A stretch of 64,000 bases of DNA, from the NCBI GenBank assembly GCA_004764695.1, contig SMSO01000007.1, positions 372,001 through 436,000 on the forward strand, written 5' to 3'. Both the position numbers and the translations under genes were made by a program. Below the pieces are notes generated by a model. The model searched no databases, had not been told where the DNA came from, and saw only the letters and a program-made list of their open reading frames with translations. Positions 25,957 to 38,222 of the stretch are shown in pieces. How positions within the stretch are numbered: the first letter of the stretch is position 1; every line of letters begins with the position of its first letter. This DNA comes from Schizochytrium sp. TIO01. Lineage: Eukaryota > Protista > Bigyra: Labyrinthulomycetes.

Positions 25957-26527
25957 AGAAGAAGAATCGAAGTCTTAAGATCGTGGAATTGATTGTCACA
26001 GACTCCGTCAATTCTTTCTTGCGCCGCGCAAGAACGCGGCGGCAAAGACGGCGACAACGCAGCAGCGAAGGGAGACATGACAACAGCCAGCCGGCGAGCT
26101 GGCCGTGGCGTGCCACGACTCCGCCTTGGGGATGCACGCCAGTTCTCCTGAGAGGCCGAGCGAGGCGTTCAGGGTTGATGGAGGATGACGACTTGGGTTG
26201 CCATGCCATGCATGCGATTACTACGTCTCCCGTGTGCGAGAACCGCCGTGGACTGGCGCAGAGGAGCTGAGGAGGCCAAGCTGCGCGGCACCCGGCCAAG
26301 CTGAGCGTCGGAAGATCGTTTTGCCAAACGATGAACGCGGGTGCCCTGGATCAAAGCGGAGCAAAGCCTGCGTTCGGAAGGCATGAACGCTGCATGTCCG
26401 GAAAGCCTAGCTTGCTTTGCCTTGAAGAGTGGAACTACGCGCTGGCGCCGCTTGACTTCGATACCAAGGCGTTGCGGGATCAAAGCCCTGCTGCGATGCG
26501 AGCGAAGGCGTTTCCTGAGACGCCACC

Positions 26528-26547
26528 AGCTAGCTAGCTAGCTAGCT
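26528..26547. repeat. (AGCT)5 self-complementary microsatellite
   Basis: agctagctagctagctagct. Confidence 0.9.
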
Positions 26548-28329
26548 GCCTTGCACCGTGGCGGCGCCTGGACGAGCCTGGTTCCTGCGGTCATCATGAA
26601 TGATTCGTTTCTATCATATAAATAGACAGAGCGAGCGTAGGAACCCGCAGCGGAGCCCCGAGGCTGGAGCAAGATAGCTCGCTTGAACATGAGAAAGCTC
26701 CAAGGGCTCTGGGCATTGTGGACAGGCTGTCGAGGCAGGCCTGTCCTGCAAAGTACCACGGTGGCTAGTGCATGTTTTTTAAGTTGTTAGGTCTATCATA
26801 ATGCATTTTGATCGTGTTTTTTATTCCGAGTCGAGAAAAATAAATAATTAATAAAAAAGGTCACATCTCCAATCTTCATTCGGCCGACTCGATCACTCTG
26901 GAAGCAGTGCTGAGAAAGGCTGCCGAAGAGCTGTTCTCTCTCCGTGCATCGTTACCCCGAACGCTAAACCGTATGGTGCATGGCCGGCCTGTGGCCTTAT
27001 GCTCAGCGCGTCGAATCCGCACATACACGAAGCAGCTATCTGGAGGGGGATTTTTAGATGATTGCCCAATCACTGGTACCATGATACTAGTGTTGACGAT
27101 TCTGCTACAATGCGTTTTGACGACTTCTTCTTTGACTGACCCGGAAAACAATCAATAGCACGATTCGGAGTCCTCGAGATAACTCGAGGCCGGGGAAGCG
27201 AGCGTTGGCATTGAGGCTCTCTCTCGGGCTTTCGACTGTGACTAACAGTGTGCTTGAGCGTGAATCGAAGAATAGACTAAGGATCCGAAAGACCGCGTAT
27301 CTAGTCTATAAGCACCTTTGCCCAAACCAGCCAAGAACTCGCAAGATCTCGCAGACAACGTCTTTCTTTGAATGAATATACACACGGGGCACCCTTGTCG
27401 TCTTGACTTGAGAGACTCTTACAGACTGTCTTAAATGCGCAGGCGTAAGCTTGTTGAACTTTATCTGGGCTGGCTAGTTAGACACCACCTATCAGAGATG
27501 AACGTGCATGTTGATGTCTCTCTGAAACTAATTCATTCGCCAAGGCTGCCGCTGGTGCTGATTGATTACTAAAAAACAGGGAGGAGCAAAGAGCCCACAT
27601 CATTTTCATGTTTAAGGAGTCTAGGCATACGATCTAAACTGCAGTCGCTTGCATCATCGATCCATGCGACACTTTCCAGGGAAAATGGGAAATGTGTTTA
27701 TGCCTACGAACTGCAATCATTTGCAGAGCAGAGCACGCGATGTGGTGTCAAGGTGCAAAGGATATAACAAAGTAGAAGATAAAAAGACTTGGGCTTTCAT
27801 TTTAGATTACGAAGAATTTTCAGTCATGTAGTATCATTTCGGTAGTCCTTTTAGATCAGAGAGGGCTGTCGAACAATCGGACAGGAGTTCATGAGGTATT
27901 GGCGAGGCACTGTTTAGCGTATGTTTTGCATGCAAAAGCCTGCATAGAATAGCTTTCGGAAAGAGAAGGCAGGATTATCAAAGAAGAATTAAAATCCTGC
28001 AAAACAGGTATCAAAGAGCATGCATGGCAAGTATAAACTCGGTCTTGCTGTTCTTGTGATGACAAATCATGATACTCTTCTGTCCTATCGTCATCCTCAT
28101 AAGTAGGTAGCAAACATGAAGACACCTTGATTCGACCTAGTTGCTATTTCATGGTGATCAAACTCGATGAAGGTGTCTTGTGCGCGCTCCTTTTGGTGTC
28201 AGTCAAACAGGACCGACCCAGAGAAACAAACATAGCTCTCATTCCTGCTTGATCATCTTTTTCTTTCTTGTCGCCAAAGACATGAACAAAGTCGACCATT
28301 GTTTGGAGTGGAGGGGGGTAGGGGGAGGC

Positions 28330-29238
28330 TTAAACCATGTTCACGTTGCGCTCTTGTTGACGACGTTTGGCCTCCTGCTGACGATTAAACTGCATAGCAG
28401 GCTCGCGCTCGGCAGCATAGATAGCTGCACCGGCAGCATTGGCAAAAATAAAGAACGTTCCTACACCGAATGGCATGGTCTCCAAAAACATCGCTGTGGT
28501 ACCAAAGGTGGTGTAGAATGCATGCTTGCGGACAATGCGATGCTGGTCGTGAAAGTCATTCACGCCATGCCAGGTGAAGTAATCGAGGTGCAATGACCAA
28601 GCGTAGTAATTACCATTGATCAAAGCCCAGATCCAGGTGCCGAGAAGAGGCACTAAATTCAACGGCGAGGTAACAATAGCAAGAGCGATTCGCAACATGA
28701 TCAGGTAACCGCAAGAGGTGCAGCACGGGCAGCATTTTTCGAGTTTCTCGCGGCTCTGGGCGGCGTGCTGAGACATGCGAAGCTCGTATGTCTTGTCAAA
28801 GATCATCTGTTGCAAACTTGCGTAAACAGAGCCAAGGATAATGGCTGTGGCGGCGGCAGTCTCAGCGAGAGTCACGATGAAAGAAATAAACCATGCAGCA
28901 CTCATGTTGAGGATGGTGTTTTCCTCCATTGCATGAGCTTGATACGGGAAAGCAGTACACATGAGAATGATGAAGATAGCCAATGAGCCAAGCCACGCCA
29001 AGATCAGTGGGCAAATCATCATTTTCCACAGAGGAGGGGTTTTGAGCACAGCTGTGGCACCTCGCATGTTATAAGTGGTATTCCATGCTGCACACAGACC
29101 TGAGCGGGGTTCCTCTCCAGGCAGGGGGCCAAGGTCTTCCGCAGGCTCAGGGTTCTGAGCCTGCGGAGGAGGCGGAGGAGGGGGCGGAGGGGGTGCAGAG
29201 CCCTTCTGCTGCTGATGGTACGCCTTGCTGTCCATCAT
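28330..29238 (-). CDS. EI24/CysZ-like multi-pass membrane protein with N-terminal poly-proline tract
   Basis: 302-aa ORF with several TM helices. 'LNLVPLLGTW...GNYYAWSLHLDYF' and 'YTTFG...LETMPFGVG...ANAAGAAIYAA' resemble eukaryotic EI24-domain proteins. Confidence 0.8.
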   Translation of the reverse strand: MMDSKAYHQQQKGSAPPPPPPPPPPQAQNPEPAEDLGPLPGEEPRSGLCAAWNTTYNMRGATAVLKTPPLWKMMICPLILAWLGSLAIFIILMCTAFPYQAHAMEENTILNMSAAWFISFIVTLAETAAATAIILGSVYASLQQMIFDKTYELRMSQHAAQSREKLEKCCPCCTSCGYLIMLRIALAIVTSPLNLVPLLGTWIWALINGNYYAWSLHLDYFTWHGVNDFHDQHRIVRKHAFYTTFGTTAMFLETMPFGVGTFFIFANAAGAAIYAAEREPAMQFNRQQEAKRRQQERNVNMV

Positions 29239-32200
29239 GGTGCTGGGAACAAGCTCTCCTGCAATTTTTCCTGCCGAGCAGTCCTTCTGATTACTTGTCT
29301 TCTTTGCTTGCTATGGAAGTGAGCTTGTCTCAAATCAATCTCCAAGGACCGAGAAGAACGATGTGCTAAGGAGCAGGTCAGTACTCTCCTTCAAAAAGTT
29401 GCTAGCAAAGCTAGCACGTGAGTGAGTTTGGGATTTGCCTGCAGAATACTTCGACTCAGTGTAGTTCCAGAGTGAGGAGGAATTCCGCCACAGAATATAG
29501 GGTCAGCTCCACTTGCTTCCAAGGATCGTAACTTTAACTGTGAACCAGGAAGGCAACTTACGCTCTCAGTTCTGAACTGTTGCGATGCTACTCTTCCCGA
29601 GACAAATTCGATATCGACGTCGCTTTATGCTGGGATCTGAACCGCCAGAAGAAGACTTGCTCTTGCTTCTAAAAACCAGCCAACTTTACAACAGCAGAAA
29701 AGCCAACGATGATCTCAACAACAATCGTCGAGCTACCCAGACGTCAAAGCACGATCTCCAGGAGGTGTTGGTTCTCGTGATTTACAGTCTGCCGCGACGA
29801 CGCCAAAGTAGATAGGTAACTAACTTATTAACTACCTAGCTAGGCACCTGGCTGGGCCCTGCAAACCAGAAGTGCAGCAATAAAGCGAAGAAGCAGCAGC
29901 TCACGCAAACTTCCGCTTGGCTATTGTTATCTATGTCGAGGTATCTATCTATTCCTCACGGGAAAACTCTCGCTGAAGACGACGCCGGCTGGCTCCAGCG
30001 GTGGTTTTCTCAGCGCCGAAGCAGCAGCGGCCGTGGTCCTCGTGGTAGCAAAGGATGCACGGGACAAGCGGCGCGCAAGGAGTCAAGCTCCAGAGGCCCG
30101 CTCGCTGCTGGCGAGCCGTCTGTCGATCGGAGCAGTCGATTGACTGGTCAATCGGACTATGGTTCGTTCAACCAGTTCTTCGAATGAGCCCCGAACCAAT
30201 CGCCGCCGCTGGCCAAGAACAGACAAACGCAAACCGACTACCAACTAGAAAAGCGCCAACCTGCCAGCTCGAGTGCCAGCTAGCTGTACGTGCGAGCTTG
30301 ACACGGGTTGGGGTCTGGCGGCCTCGGGGATGGAGCCTCTTTCCGCTTTGATCGATCAATCGATCGATCGATCAATTGATCGAATGATCGCTGACGGCAA
30401 TTCCGCTGTCTTCAGTGTTCTGGCCTCGAACGCAGCCTATGACTTGTATCATACCGTGAATAGCAGATATTTTTAAGCTGAGCGTACATACGTATGAATG
30501 TATGAATGTATGAATGTATGGGTCGCTATGGACATATTTATGGACTTCAAGCTGAGTGTATGTTTCGTGGGCTTCACTGGCCTCCTCAGGCAGGCAGGCA
30601 GTTAGTTTCATGCTGCCAGGGAACGCTCTGGGCTCGCGTTCGGCACCTCAGAAGGGCCTTCGCCGCTGGTCTTCGTTCGTGATCGACACGGTCCTCCACG
30701 ATCGCCAACGACTGTAGAGAAGGAGCCAAGAACTTGATGGGCCCTGAAATATAAGGAATGAAATGAATGAAAATGAATGAAAAAAAATGGCTCTGAAGTG
30801 GGCTCGCTTAGTACGACTTACCTACTGCCAACTACTGCGATCCTCTGGCTAACAATTTCTTTCTTTCGTATAAAATACTCATCACAGCAATCAATCGTTT
30901 TGTAATAAGTTAGTTAATAAATCAATAAATAAATCAATAAATTGATTGATTGATTGTAATTTATTAAAAAACAATGCAAAAGCGTGAACTTCGACGGAGT
31001 TCTCGCATCATTGAGAATGAATCAAAGAGCTCACGGCAGAACTCGCTCATGTCTTGCTTGGCACCAATAACACCGCTCCCTCAGAGCGCACTCCGCCAGG
31101 CCATGGCAGAGACGGCCAGACAGTCGGCGCTGCCACGTGACTTGACTTGCCACGGCCATCTTCCTCGAGCTGGTGGACGGTGCCCATGATTGATTGACTG
31201 ATTGATTGATTGATTTATTGGAGTTCTGCGGTTCTATGGAATATTGTATGTTATATGTATATGTATATATATCGGTTCCTGAGATTTGTGGTTCTATCGC
31301 TTTGGATGTAAACCGAAACAACGAGAATGGAATGGAATTGGACGTGAGAAACGAAGAAACGGAGGTCTCGCAGAACTGGCGTTGGGGATTGGCGGGGCAA
31401 CGCGAGGAGGGCGAGGGGGAGTCGAAGGCGGGCTCCGACAACGAAGCTGAGTCTGCGTTGTCGCGAAACTGGGCTTAAGGGCAAGGGCGATCAAGGGAAG
31501 CGTTGAATCAATCGATTGTTAGCTTTGACTGGAGAACTTGGAAAGCGTTCAGTCAGAAGACACTTTAGTTCTGAAGAAGTTCACTCGAAGAAGTTCATTC
31601 TTTGTTGCTGTGAAAACTCGCTCACTCAATGGACAACCTTCGCCTACTGGGGTGACCGGGTAGCTCATAAACCTCGTCCACTTCGTTGAGGTAGTGGCCA
31701 GCCAGATCAGGTCTCTCGCGATCGCAACTTTGCCTTTTCGCCTTTTGATGCCGTAGTAAATGCTGACGCCATGAATCAGCGAGCCGCGACGCCGCAAAGC
31801 ACAGAGAGGGGATCGACCCTGCCGCCGTGAAGCCGAAAGCACTTGCGGAAACGAGCAACCCGTACACGAGCTTGAGCAGGAACACCGAACAGTGGTGGAG
31901 CAGGCGGACATTGCGGCGTTGCAGGTGACGACCGAAGTTCCCCTCGCGAAGCTGACCATATGGTTCCCAACGATGTTTCGGGACAAGGTGTCGAGATCGA
32001 ACCTCGTTCTCGTACGCCTTCGCTCGAGTTTAACTTGATGGCGTTCCAGGCTGTGATCTGGCTGGAGGTCGCGATGAACGACGGCTAGCTGAAGTCACGA
32101 CCGGATTCTAAACACTCGCTGTCAGGACGCAAGGCCCATCAGATACGCTTCCTTTGCTTCACTGTCCAGGTTTTCTCGATGTCAAGGCAACAGATGAAGA

Positions 32201-32299
32201 TATGGGAGATTCCATAATATGGAGCTGGTCTGGCTGCAGGAATGTCGCGAAAATTGTGTTGGAATGAAAAATGGAGTCAAACCGGGTCAGACATTTTTT

Positions 32300-34056
32300 T
32301 TAATTTTTTAATGACCATGACGATGGTTGAGGCATTGGAATTTTTACGATGATGCAGAGCTGTGTAGCTTGATACTAGCTAGCGATGGATTAATTTACTC
32401 AGCAAGCCGGGGGAAACGATAAGGGAGAAAAAAATTTGGATGAAACAGTAGCAGTTGCAAGAAGAGGTTCAACCACGAAGCGAGCTACCGGAAATGACGT
32501 CAAGAATACTTGAAGCTGAAACTGCGATATGGAATACTTAGTTATTAGCTGAGAAGAAAGACAAATAAGTTGGAATCGCCTCCCTTGCTTCGAGACTAAC
32601 GAATCTCAGTCCTGCAGAATCTTGAACGCTTTATTGAAGGTTGACAATCTAGAGCTCCAGTAGAATATCATGACTCCACAAAAAGCTCGTTGGCCAAAGT
32701 AACAGCAAAGCTATAGAATTGCGCTACAAGGTAGAGAGAGCCTTTGGTTGCAGGGCTCAAATAATACATTAAACGACTAATGCATGCCAATAGTAGGTTG
32801 ATGTAAATTCAGTCATTTTGATGTAAGTATTTTTTCACCTTTATAGTATCAAAATCTGTTTTTCTTGTAAAGCATGTCATCCAGTCGTCATGTATAATTG
32901 TGAGAGCTGTGGTGTGATTAGTTAGAAATTGACTAACAACGTGAAGAGACAGATGCTACAAAGCTGCACAACGAAAAATGAAAACATCTCGTGGTTTTCA
33001 GAAAAACAAAAACAATGTATAGCGAGAATGAAAGCTCGTGTGAGAAGACCTATGATGAGTCTATCGATAATTTTGGCAATAATTGGAATTATTTAAACTA
33101 CCCGAATTTCAACAGCTCCAGTAGTTCTAAAGCGATCATTCAAACCTGCACATATATGAAATGCATGTTTGTTTTCTATGCTGTCCTGAGTGCCACTGAT
33201 CGCACATGGTTTTTCAGGCTGACTTCAGATAATGTTCTAATGATTTCGAACTTCTACTATGGCACAGCTGATGATACCAGATCTGTCAAATTTGCGTACG
33301 CTGCGTCAATTATCAATGGGCTGCGTTTAGCACAGCTCGACCTTGAAGTGAAATGAAACCCGCGAAGGGATTGCCCTCAACCCCTAAAATTAGTACTGCC
33401 AACCATTTGCAATTCGAGGAGCGGGAAGCTATGAAAGATGAGTTGAGGCGTCTATTTGATGATTAGCATACGTGTTTGAGTCAATGACACAGACAACACC
33501 AGCAGGCAAGGAAGACTAACATGATCAATGACTTGGAGCGTTGAGCCTCACTCAGGCAGTCTTCTTAAGTCTCCGCGTGCTGGGATAACTAGCAGTAGTA
33601 AAGATCAATCGGTGCAAGACTCGAATTCTAATTCTATAGATCTCAATCTTACTACGGAGTAACTGACTGCGAAAAAGAATGATAACATCATAGAGTCGTC
33701 TTGCGGTCGGCTGAAGATCAATTACCGGGGCGCTCTTTTGATATGCTTTGGACTTTGTTTAAATGGCCTGTATTCTCTTGCATAGAGTTGGTCAGGCTGC
33801 GGGTTTGCATTAATCGGCAAGGTTATGACCCCCCCCCCCCGGTGTGACTGTGAAGAATGCAAAAGGCGAGCGCTTCGCTTGATGCCGTCTGGCGTTGCTC
33901 ATCGCGATGCCGAGCTGCACAACTTTGTGATTGATCTTGGTTTGTCTGATTGATGTTAACATGTCGAAGCTTGCAGCCTCTGAGAAGCATATTGTAAGAA
34001 AAAGTCAGCAGTTCGAGTCAGCTTTTGCCTTTATTCCTGCCGATTTTGAGGCCTGA
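32300..34056 (+). pseudogene. Decayed Crinkler-type REase (PD-(D/E)xK) + protein kinase gene
   Basis: Ordered motifs broken by stops and frameshifts: ETDA (32946-32957), HLVVFRKTKT, KAIIQTCTYM...YAVLSATDRTWFFRL...LMIS (33129-33250), GVAHRDAELHNFV (33891-33929), and +1 frame VCLIDVNMSK (33940-33969) ending at TGA 34054-34056. The 5' boundary is approximate. Confidence 0.65.
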
Positions 34057-35717
34057 TACGGCCAAATCTTGCTATTGCGGAGGTTGCATGGTCTCAATGA
34101 CCAAGAGCATGTCTTCGACAAAAAAAGCAGTGTTATTCCCAGGCACAATTGAAATTTGAAGGATACTTGCAACACGCCAAGTGAAGGCAGACAAGGCACA
34201 CTAATTGAAACAGAGGCACTGATATTAAGTTGCGTCAAAATTATAATATTAATGTACCCATCGTGAACACAGCACGCTAAGTTAGCTTCTGTCACAGAAA
34301 CCCCACTAGTCATTGACTGCGCATTCTAAGCACAATAAATTGTAGAGTCATCAGAAAGATTGAGCGTAGAACAAACGTTCTTGTATCTGTTTAATAGCAC
34401 AGTCTTCTAATCAGACAAACCATTTAGGTTCTGAAAAGCTTCAGTGTGTATCGATAAAGTATTCTAGTTGACAGACAATACACCAGAATACCATCTCCCT
34501 CAGATGTACCAATCATCAGACCACAACACGCCAGAAGGTTCTCCAGAAACAACTTTCTCACCAAACTCTAATAGTCTACACTGATATCGCTGGCAAATAA
34601 AACCTGTGCAATGACGCAAAAAAAAAGAGGGTGTTTAGCAGTTTTAAGTTCTAACATTGGTCCTCATGCCCCAATTGACACAAACGGGATCATGAGCCAC
34701 CGCCGCAACCGCTAGTCCCACTGCTCAGCGGTTTCGCTCTTATTTCTACCACCGCATTTGCCTGTTACATCTAATTTGGCACTTACATGTCTTTTTTCAA
34801 AGCAAGGGGGTTGAGCAAGCCTCGCAGAATCCAGTAGGTACTGCTGGTAGTGTAGCCTCGACTTCAGTGCGTGCACCCACACAACTGCGATATCTTCATC
34901 CGAAGCAGAGTTTTCATCTATTCATGCCACGCACACGTCGTTGTCAAGCTTCAAGAAAGAGCTAATCAGAAGAAAAAAAAGTGCGATCGGCAGAAGTGGC
35001 AATATGGCGCTACCCCAGGTCTTGTGTTTCCCGCTTGTTACAACTTACACATTTTGTCTTCAGTTCAGTCAGGCGTCACTGACTCCGCCGCAGGCTCATA
35101 TGATTTCTTCTTCTAAAGGACCATGCATTCCCGTCAGGTCACTAGCCCTTCACGCGCACAGCTTCGAGCCTTCAGCGAGCGATACGAAGTAGTGGCTAGT
35201 ACCTGTATACAGGTACCTCACCGCCGCAGAACTCGAGAAAAAAGAGCGATGAGAGTGGGATACTCGTGGTCCTGTTTTTTGTGCCACCTTGACTCTTCTT
35301 CAAGCATTCATTACATTTCTTCGATCGTCTTCACCTTGAGGTTTGTCTTTGCCTTCGAGCTTGCGAAACTCACGCACGGGAAGGCTCAAAAGCTCTTAAA
35401 GATCATCCAAGGTCAACCTACAAAGCAGTCTTTCTGAATTGTTTCTGAGCTGCTGGAAAGTACCTGTGCAAGTGTTGACGGGCTCGTGTGAATCAACCCA
35501 TTCACAAGTTAGTTAGAAAAATCACGGCACGCGCCCTCTACAATTTCAGGGCCTTCAAGATCGTTTCGTTGCGCAGACCCCCTTTTTGGAGAGCGCTCGA
35601 GGCGCGATATCGCTCGCAAGGGCACGCTGGTCACGTTGAAGGAACTTATAGTTATCGCGTGAAGTTAGAACGACAGGCTCTCGCGCTTTGGAGGCGCTAG
35701 GGAGAAGGCCGAAGGGC

Positions 35718-38222
35718 ATGATGAGCGCCGCAGTGCAGGTTGAAGGCGCCCAGCAGCAAGAGCAAGAGCAGCCCATGGCGAGTACGCCTCTTACGACTCT
35801 GTCTCAGAAAATATCAACAAAGTCAGGTATAAATTCTGCAAGGGCTCTATCGAAGTCTGGCGACGCAAGGGACGACGACGCAGCGATTGCGGGTGAGATC
35901 TGCATTGAAAGCACTGTCTCAAAGAACCAAAAACACGCTTACCCTCCTCACAAAAGCCAAGGACCGCTCGTGGACGTGACAATGGAATTTGAGGCCACTG
36001 CAAACAGTCTCGAGGCGCACAGAGAGCACAGCGAGGAAGATATGATTGATCTCGGAGGAATTTCCATCGATCTATCGGGAGAAGAATTTCGTGGACAAGC
36101 ACAAAATCTGAACCCCGCTAAGGAAAGTGAACTACAATCCATGCTTGATCAGTTCAGAGAAGCAAATATCGAGGACGATGAAGAGGACTGGAACGAAATT
36201 GACCTTTCTAGCAAATCCTTACAATGCGTGCTACCCTCTGATGGGCATATGGATGAAGCAACGAGAGGAATCTCAAACTCTGTTTCCAAAACCCAATCTG
36301 AAGTAGCTCAGCCTCTGATTATTTCTGAACATGATAACGAACTTACAGATGATGATGAAGGGGATGATGACAACGATGACGGAGAAGAGGACTGGGATGC
36401 AGAGCTTGATGGTGAAATTGCTCACCAGCAACACCAACAAAACCCACTTGAGTTGCGAGAGCCACATGGATCAACAAACGAAAAAAATCTTACTTCAAGC
36501 GTCGAAGCTGATGAACCAAAAGAGTCAGAGCCACGGAATGGAAGTCTTGTGGATTCTCAGGATGCTCCCTTGACGTTTCCTCCTACAGGATTAACGCTTG
36601 AGGTAAACTTGGGCAATGCTGCTGATGTTTCAAAGTCCCCCTTTCCCCCGGCCTCTGAGGCAGACATTGTACAGTTCAACGTGGGAGGCCGTCACATTAC
36701 GACCACAATTCAGACGATTTCACGAGCGGACTGGCTGATGGCAGCATATGCTCGCGGTGAGGAGGATTTTGTTCAAGACCGAAATGGAAATATTTTCATT
36801 GATCGTGATCCTGCCTATGTCGACTTCTACATGCGTATTCTTCGCTCCACAAAAAGTGTCGAAGAGGCCGCAGAGGCTCTGCTTATTGCACCTCCATATG
36901 GATCGCCCGCGTTTAGAGATATGGTGGATGACGCCCGATTCTTTCGTTTTGAGCCGGTGCTTGCTGTTCTTCGTAAGGAGGCTATCTCCCATGTGGACCA
37001 AGCTACTGCAACTATCATGAGAGATCTAGAGTATGAAAAGGCTGAGCTTACTCGTAAACTAAAACGGGCAAGTAAACACAACCGTGAGGATCTCCGCATT
37101 GAGATTCGTCGCGTCGAGCTAGAGCTAAGTAAAGCACTAATTCTTAATCGACATCGCCGCGACAACTGGGAGCAAACCGAAGAACCCGATCTTAAATTCA
37201 ATCTGATCATTGTTGGGAACAGTGGCGCAGGCAAGTCATCTACTATGCAGACGTTGCTCAACAATACTGACTGCGTCGTTGCTGGAGGGCAGGCACAAGG
37301 CACTCGTGGCACAATTTTACGCGATGGTAGTGTTGATGGCACGCTCATGTCTTATATCGATACTCAAGGTCTTGGTGCTGACACCAGTGTCACAGATGTT
37401 GAGCTGCTTGAGCAAATTATGCTATCAACAGAGGCTATCATGCGTATGAAGGTTATAAGCAACGTGCTCATGGCGATGGACCTGCGAGACCGCGCAACAC
37501 CGGCTGTTGTTGGAAACTATCTTACTTTCACTGAGCTTTTCACAGAGTTGCAGGGAACCTGTCTCCTGTGTTTTACAAAATGGAACACAAATAATGTTAT
37601 GGCTGAGTGGAATAAGCCCCTGCGTGCCTGGCGCCGCAAGTGGCGCCGTGCCAAGACCATCGAAGAAATTACTGAGCCCCCTCCGTCATACATCGACTTG
37701 TACGAGGCATATACAAACTACTTGAATGAGTCACTAGCTGAGGATCTTGAAGACACAGCTTTTGCCAAGCTGGTGTCTGTACTTTCCTTTTTTGATAGCC
37801 GGATCGTTTGGGCTTTTAATTTGGATGCCGAACAACAAAGCCAGCGTGAAGAAGGAACTTTGGAACCTTACATTGAAGTAATGTATAGGTATTACCGTGA
37901 TGAGGCAATTAAAGTCCTTGAAGGCGGTCGCCATGAGGTTCCAACTGCGTCAATGCAATTCTTACGTCATGACCGTGATACTCTCAAGCAGCTCGCATTT
38001 GATTTAATTCGCCATCGTAACCAACACCTCGGCCTGTTAGAAGGTGCCGCAAGAGATCGTCACCTTCGGCAGCGCATTAAATATGTCTTTACTGACATGG
38101 TTAAGAACGTTACAGTGAAGCTGGCTCACCGCAACTACAGCGAAAGCGAGTATGTCCAGCAGGTTGCTGGAGTCGTGGGTGTAGCGCGTAAGACAATGAG
38201 CTTCGGCTGCTCGATTTCATAG
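35718..38222 (+). CDS. BTB/POZ (KCTD-type) + coiled coil + TRAFAC P-loop GTPase (AIG1/GIMAP-like) with C-terminal CaaX
   Basis: First ATG is at 35718 (the track ORF starts at TTG 35688). BTB 'IVQFNVGGRHITTT...NIFIDRDP...DDARFF' (~36666-36975). G1 GNSGAGKS (37215-37238), G3 DTQG (37359), G4-like TKWN (37575). Ends ...CSIS-stop. Confidence 0.9.
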   Translation: MMSAAVQVEGAQQQEQEQPMASTPLTTLSQKISTKSGINSARALSKSGDARDDDAAIAGEICIESTVSKNQKHAYPPHKSQGPLVDVTMEFEATANSLEAHREHSEEDMIDLGGISIDLSGEEFRGQAQNLNPAKESELQSMLDQFREANIEDDEEDWNEIDLSSKSLQCVLPSDGHMDEATRGISNSVSKTQSEVAQPLIISEHDNELTDDDEGDDDNDDGEEDWDAELDGEIAHQQHQQNPLELREPHGSTNEKNLTSSVEADEPKESEPRNGSLVDSQDAPLTFPPTGLTLEVNLGNAADVSKSPFPPASEADIVQFNVGGRHITTTIQTISRADWLMAAYARGEEDFVQDRNGNIFIDRDPAYVDFYMRILRSTKSVEEAAEALLIAPPYGSPAFRDMVDDARFFRFEPVLAVLRKEAISHVDQATATIMRDLEYEKAELTRKLKRASKHNREDLRIEIRRVELELSKALILNRHRRDNWEQTEEPDLKFNLIIVGNSGAGKSSTMQTLLNNTDCVVAGGQAQGTRGTILRDGSVDGTLMSYIDTQGLGADTSVTDVELLEQIMLSTEAIMRMKVISNVLMAMDLRDRATPAVVGNYLTFTELFTELQGTCLLCFTKWNTNNVMAEWNKPLRAWRRKWRRAKTIEEITEPPPSYIDLYEAYTNYLNESLAEDLEDTAFAKLVSVLSFFDSRIVWAFNLDAEQQSQREEGTLEPYIEVMYRYYRDEAIKVLEGGRHEVPTASMQFLRHDRDTLKQLAFDLIRHRNQHLGLLEGAARDRHLRQRIKYVFTDMVKNVTVKLAHRNYSESEYVQQVAGVVGVARKTMSFGCSIS

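Noticed and set aside
32059-32082. Minus-strand 'VVHRDLQP', resembling a kinase catalytic loop
   Set aside because: No Asn, DFG or other kinase motifs in register, and it is on the opposite strand to the kinase pseudogene; probably chance.
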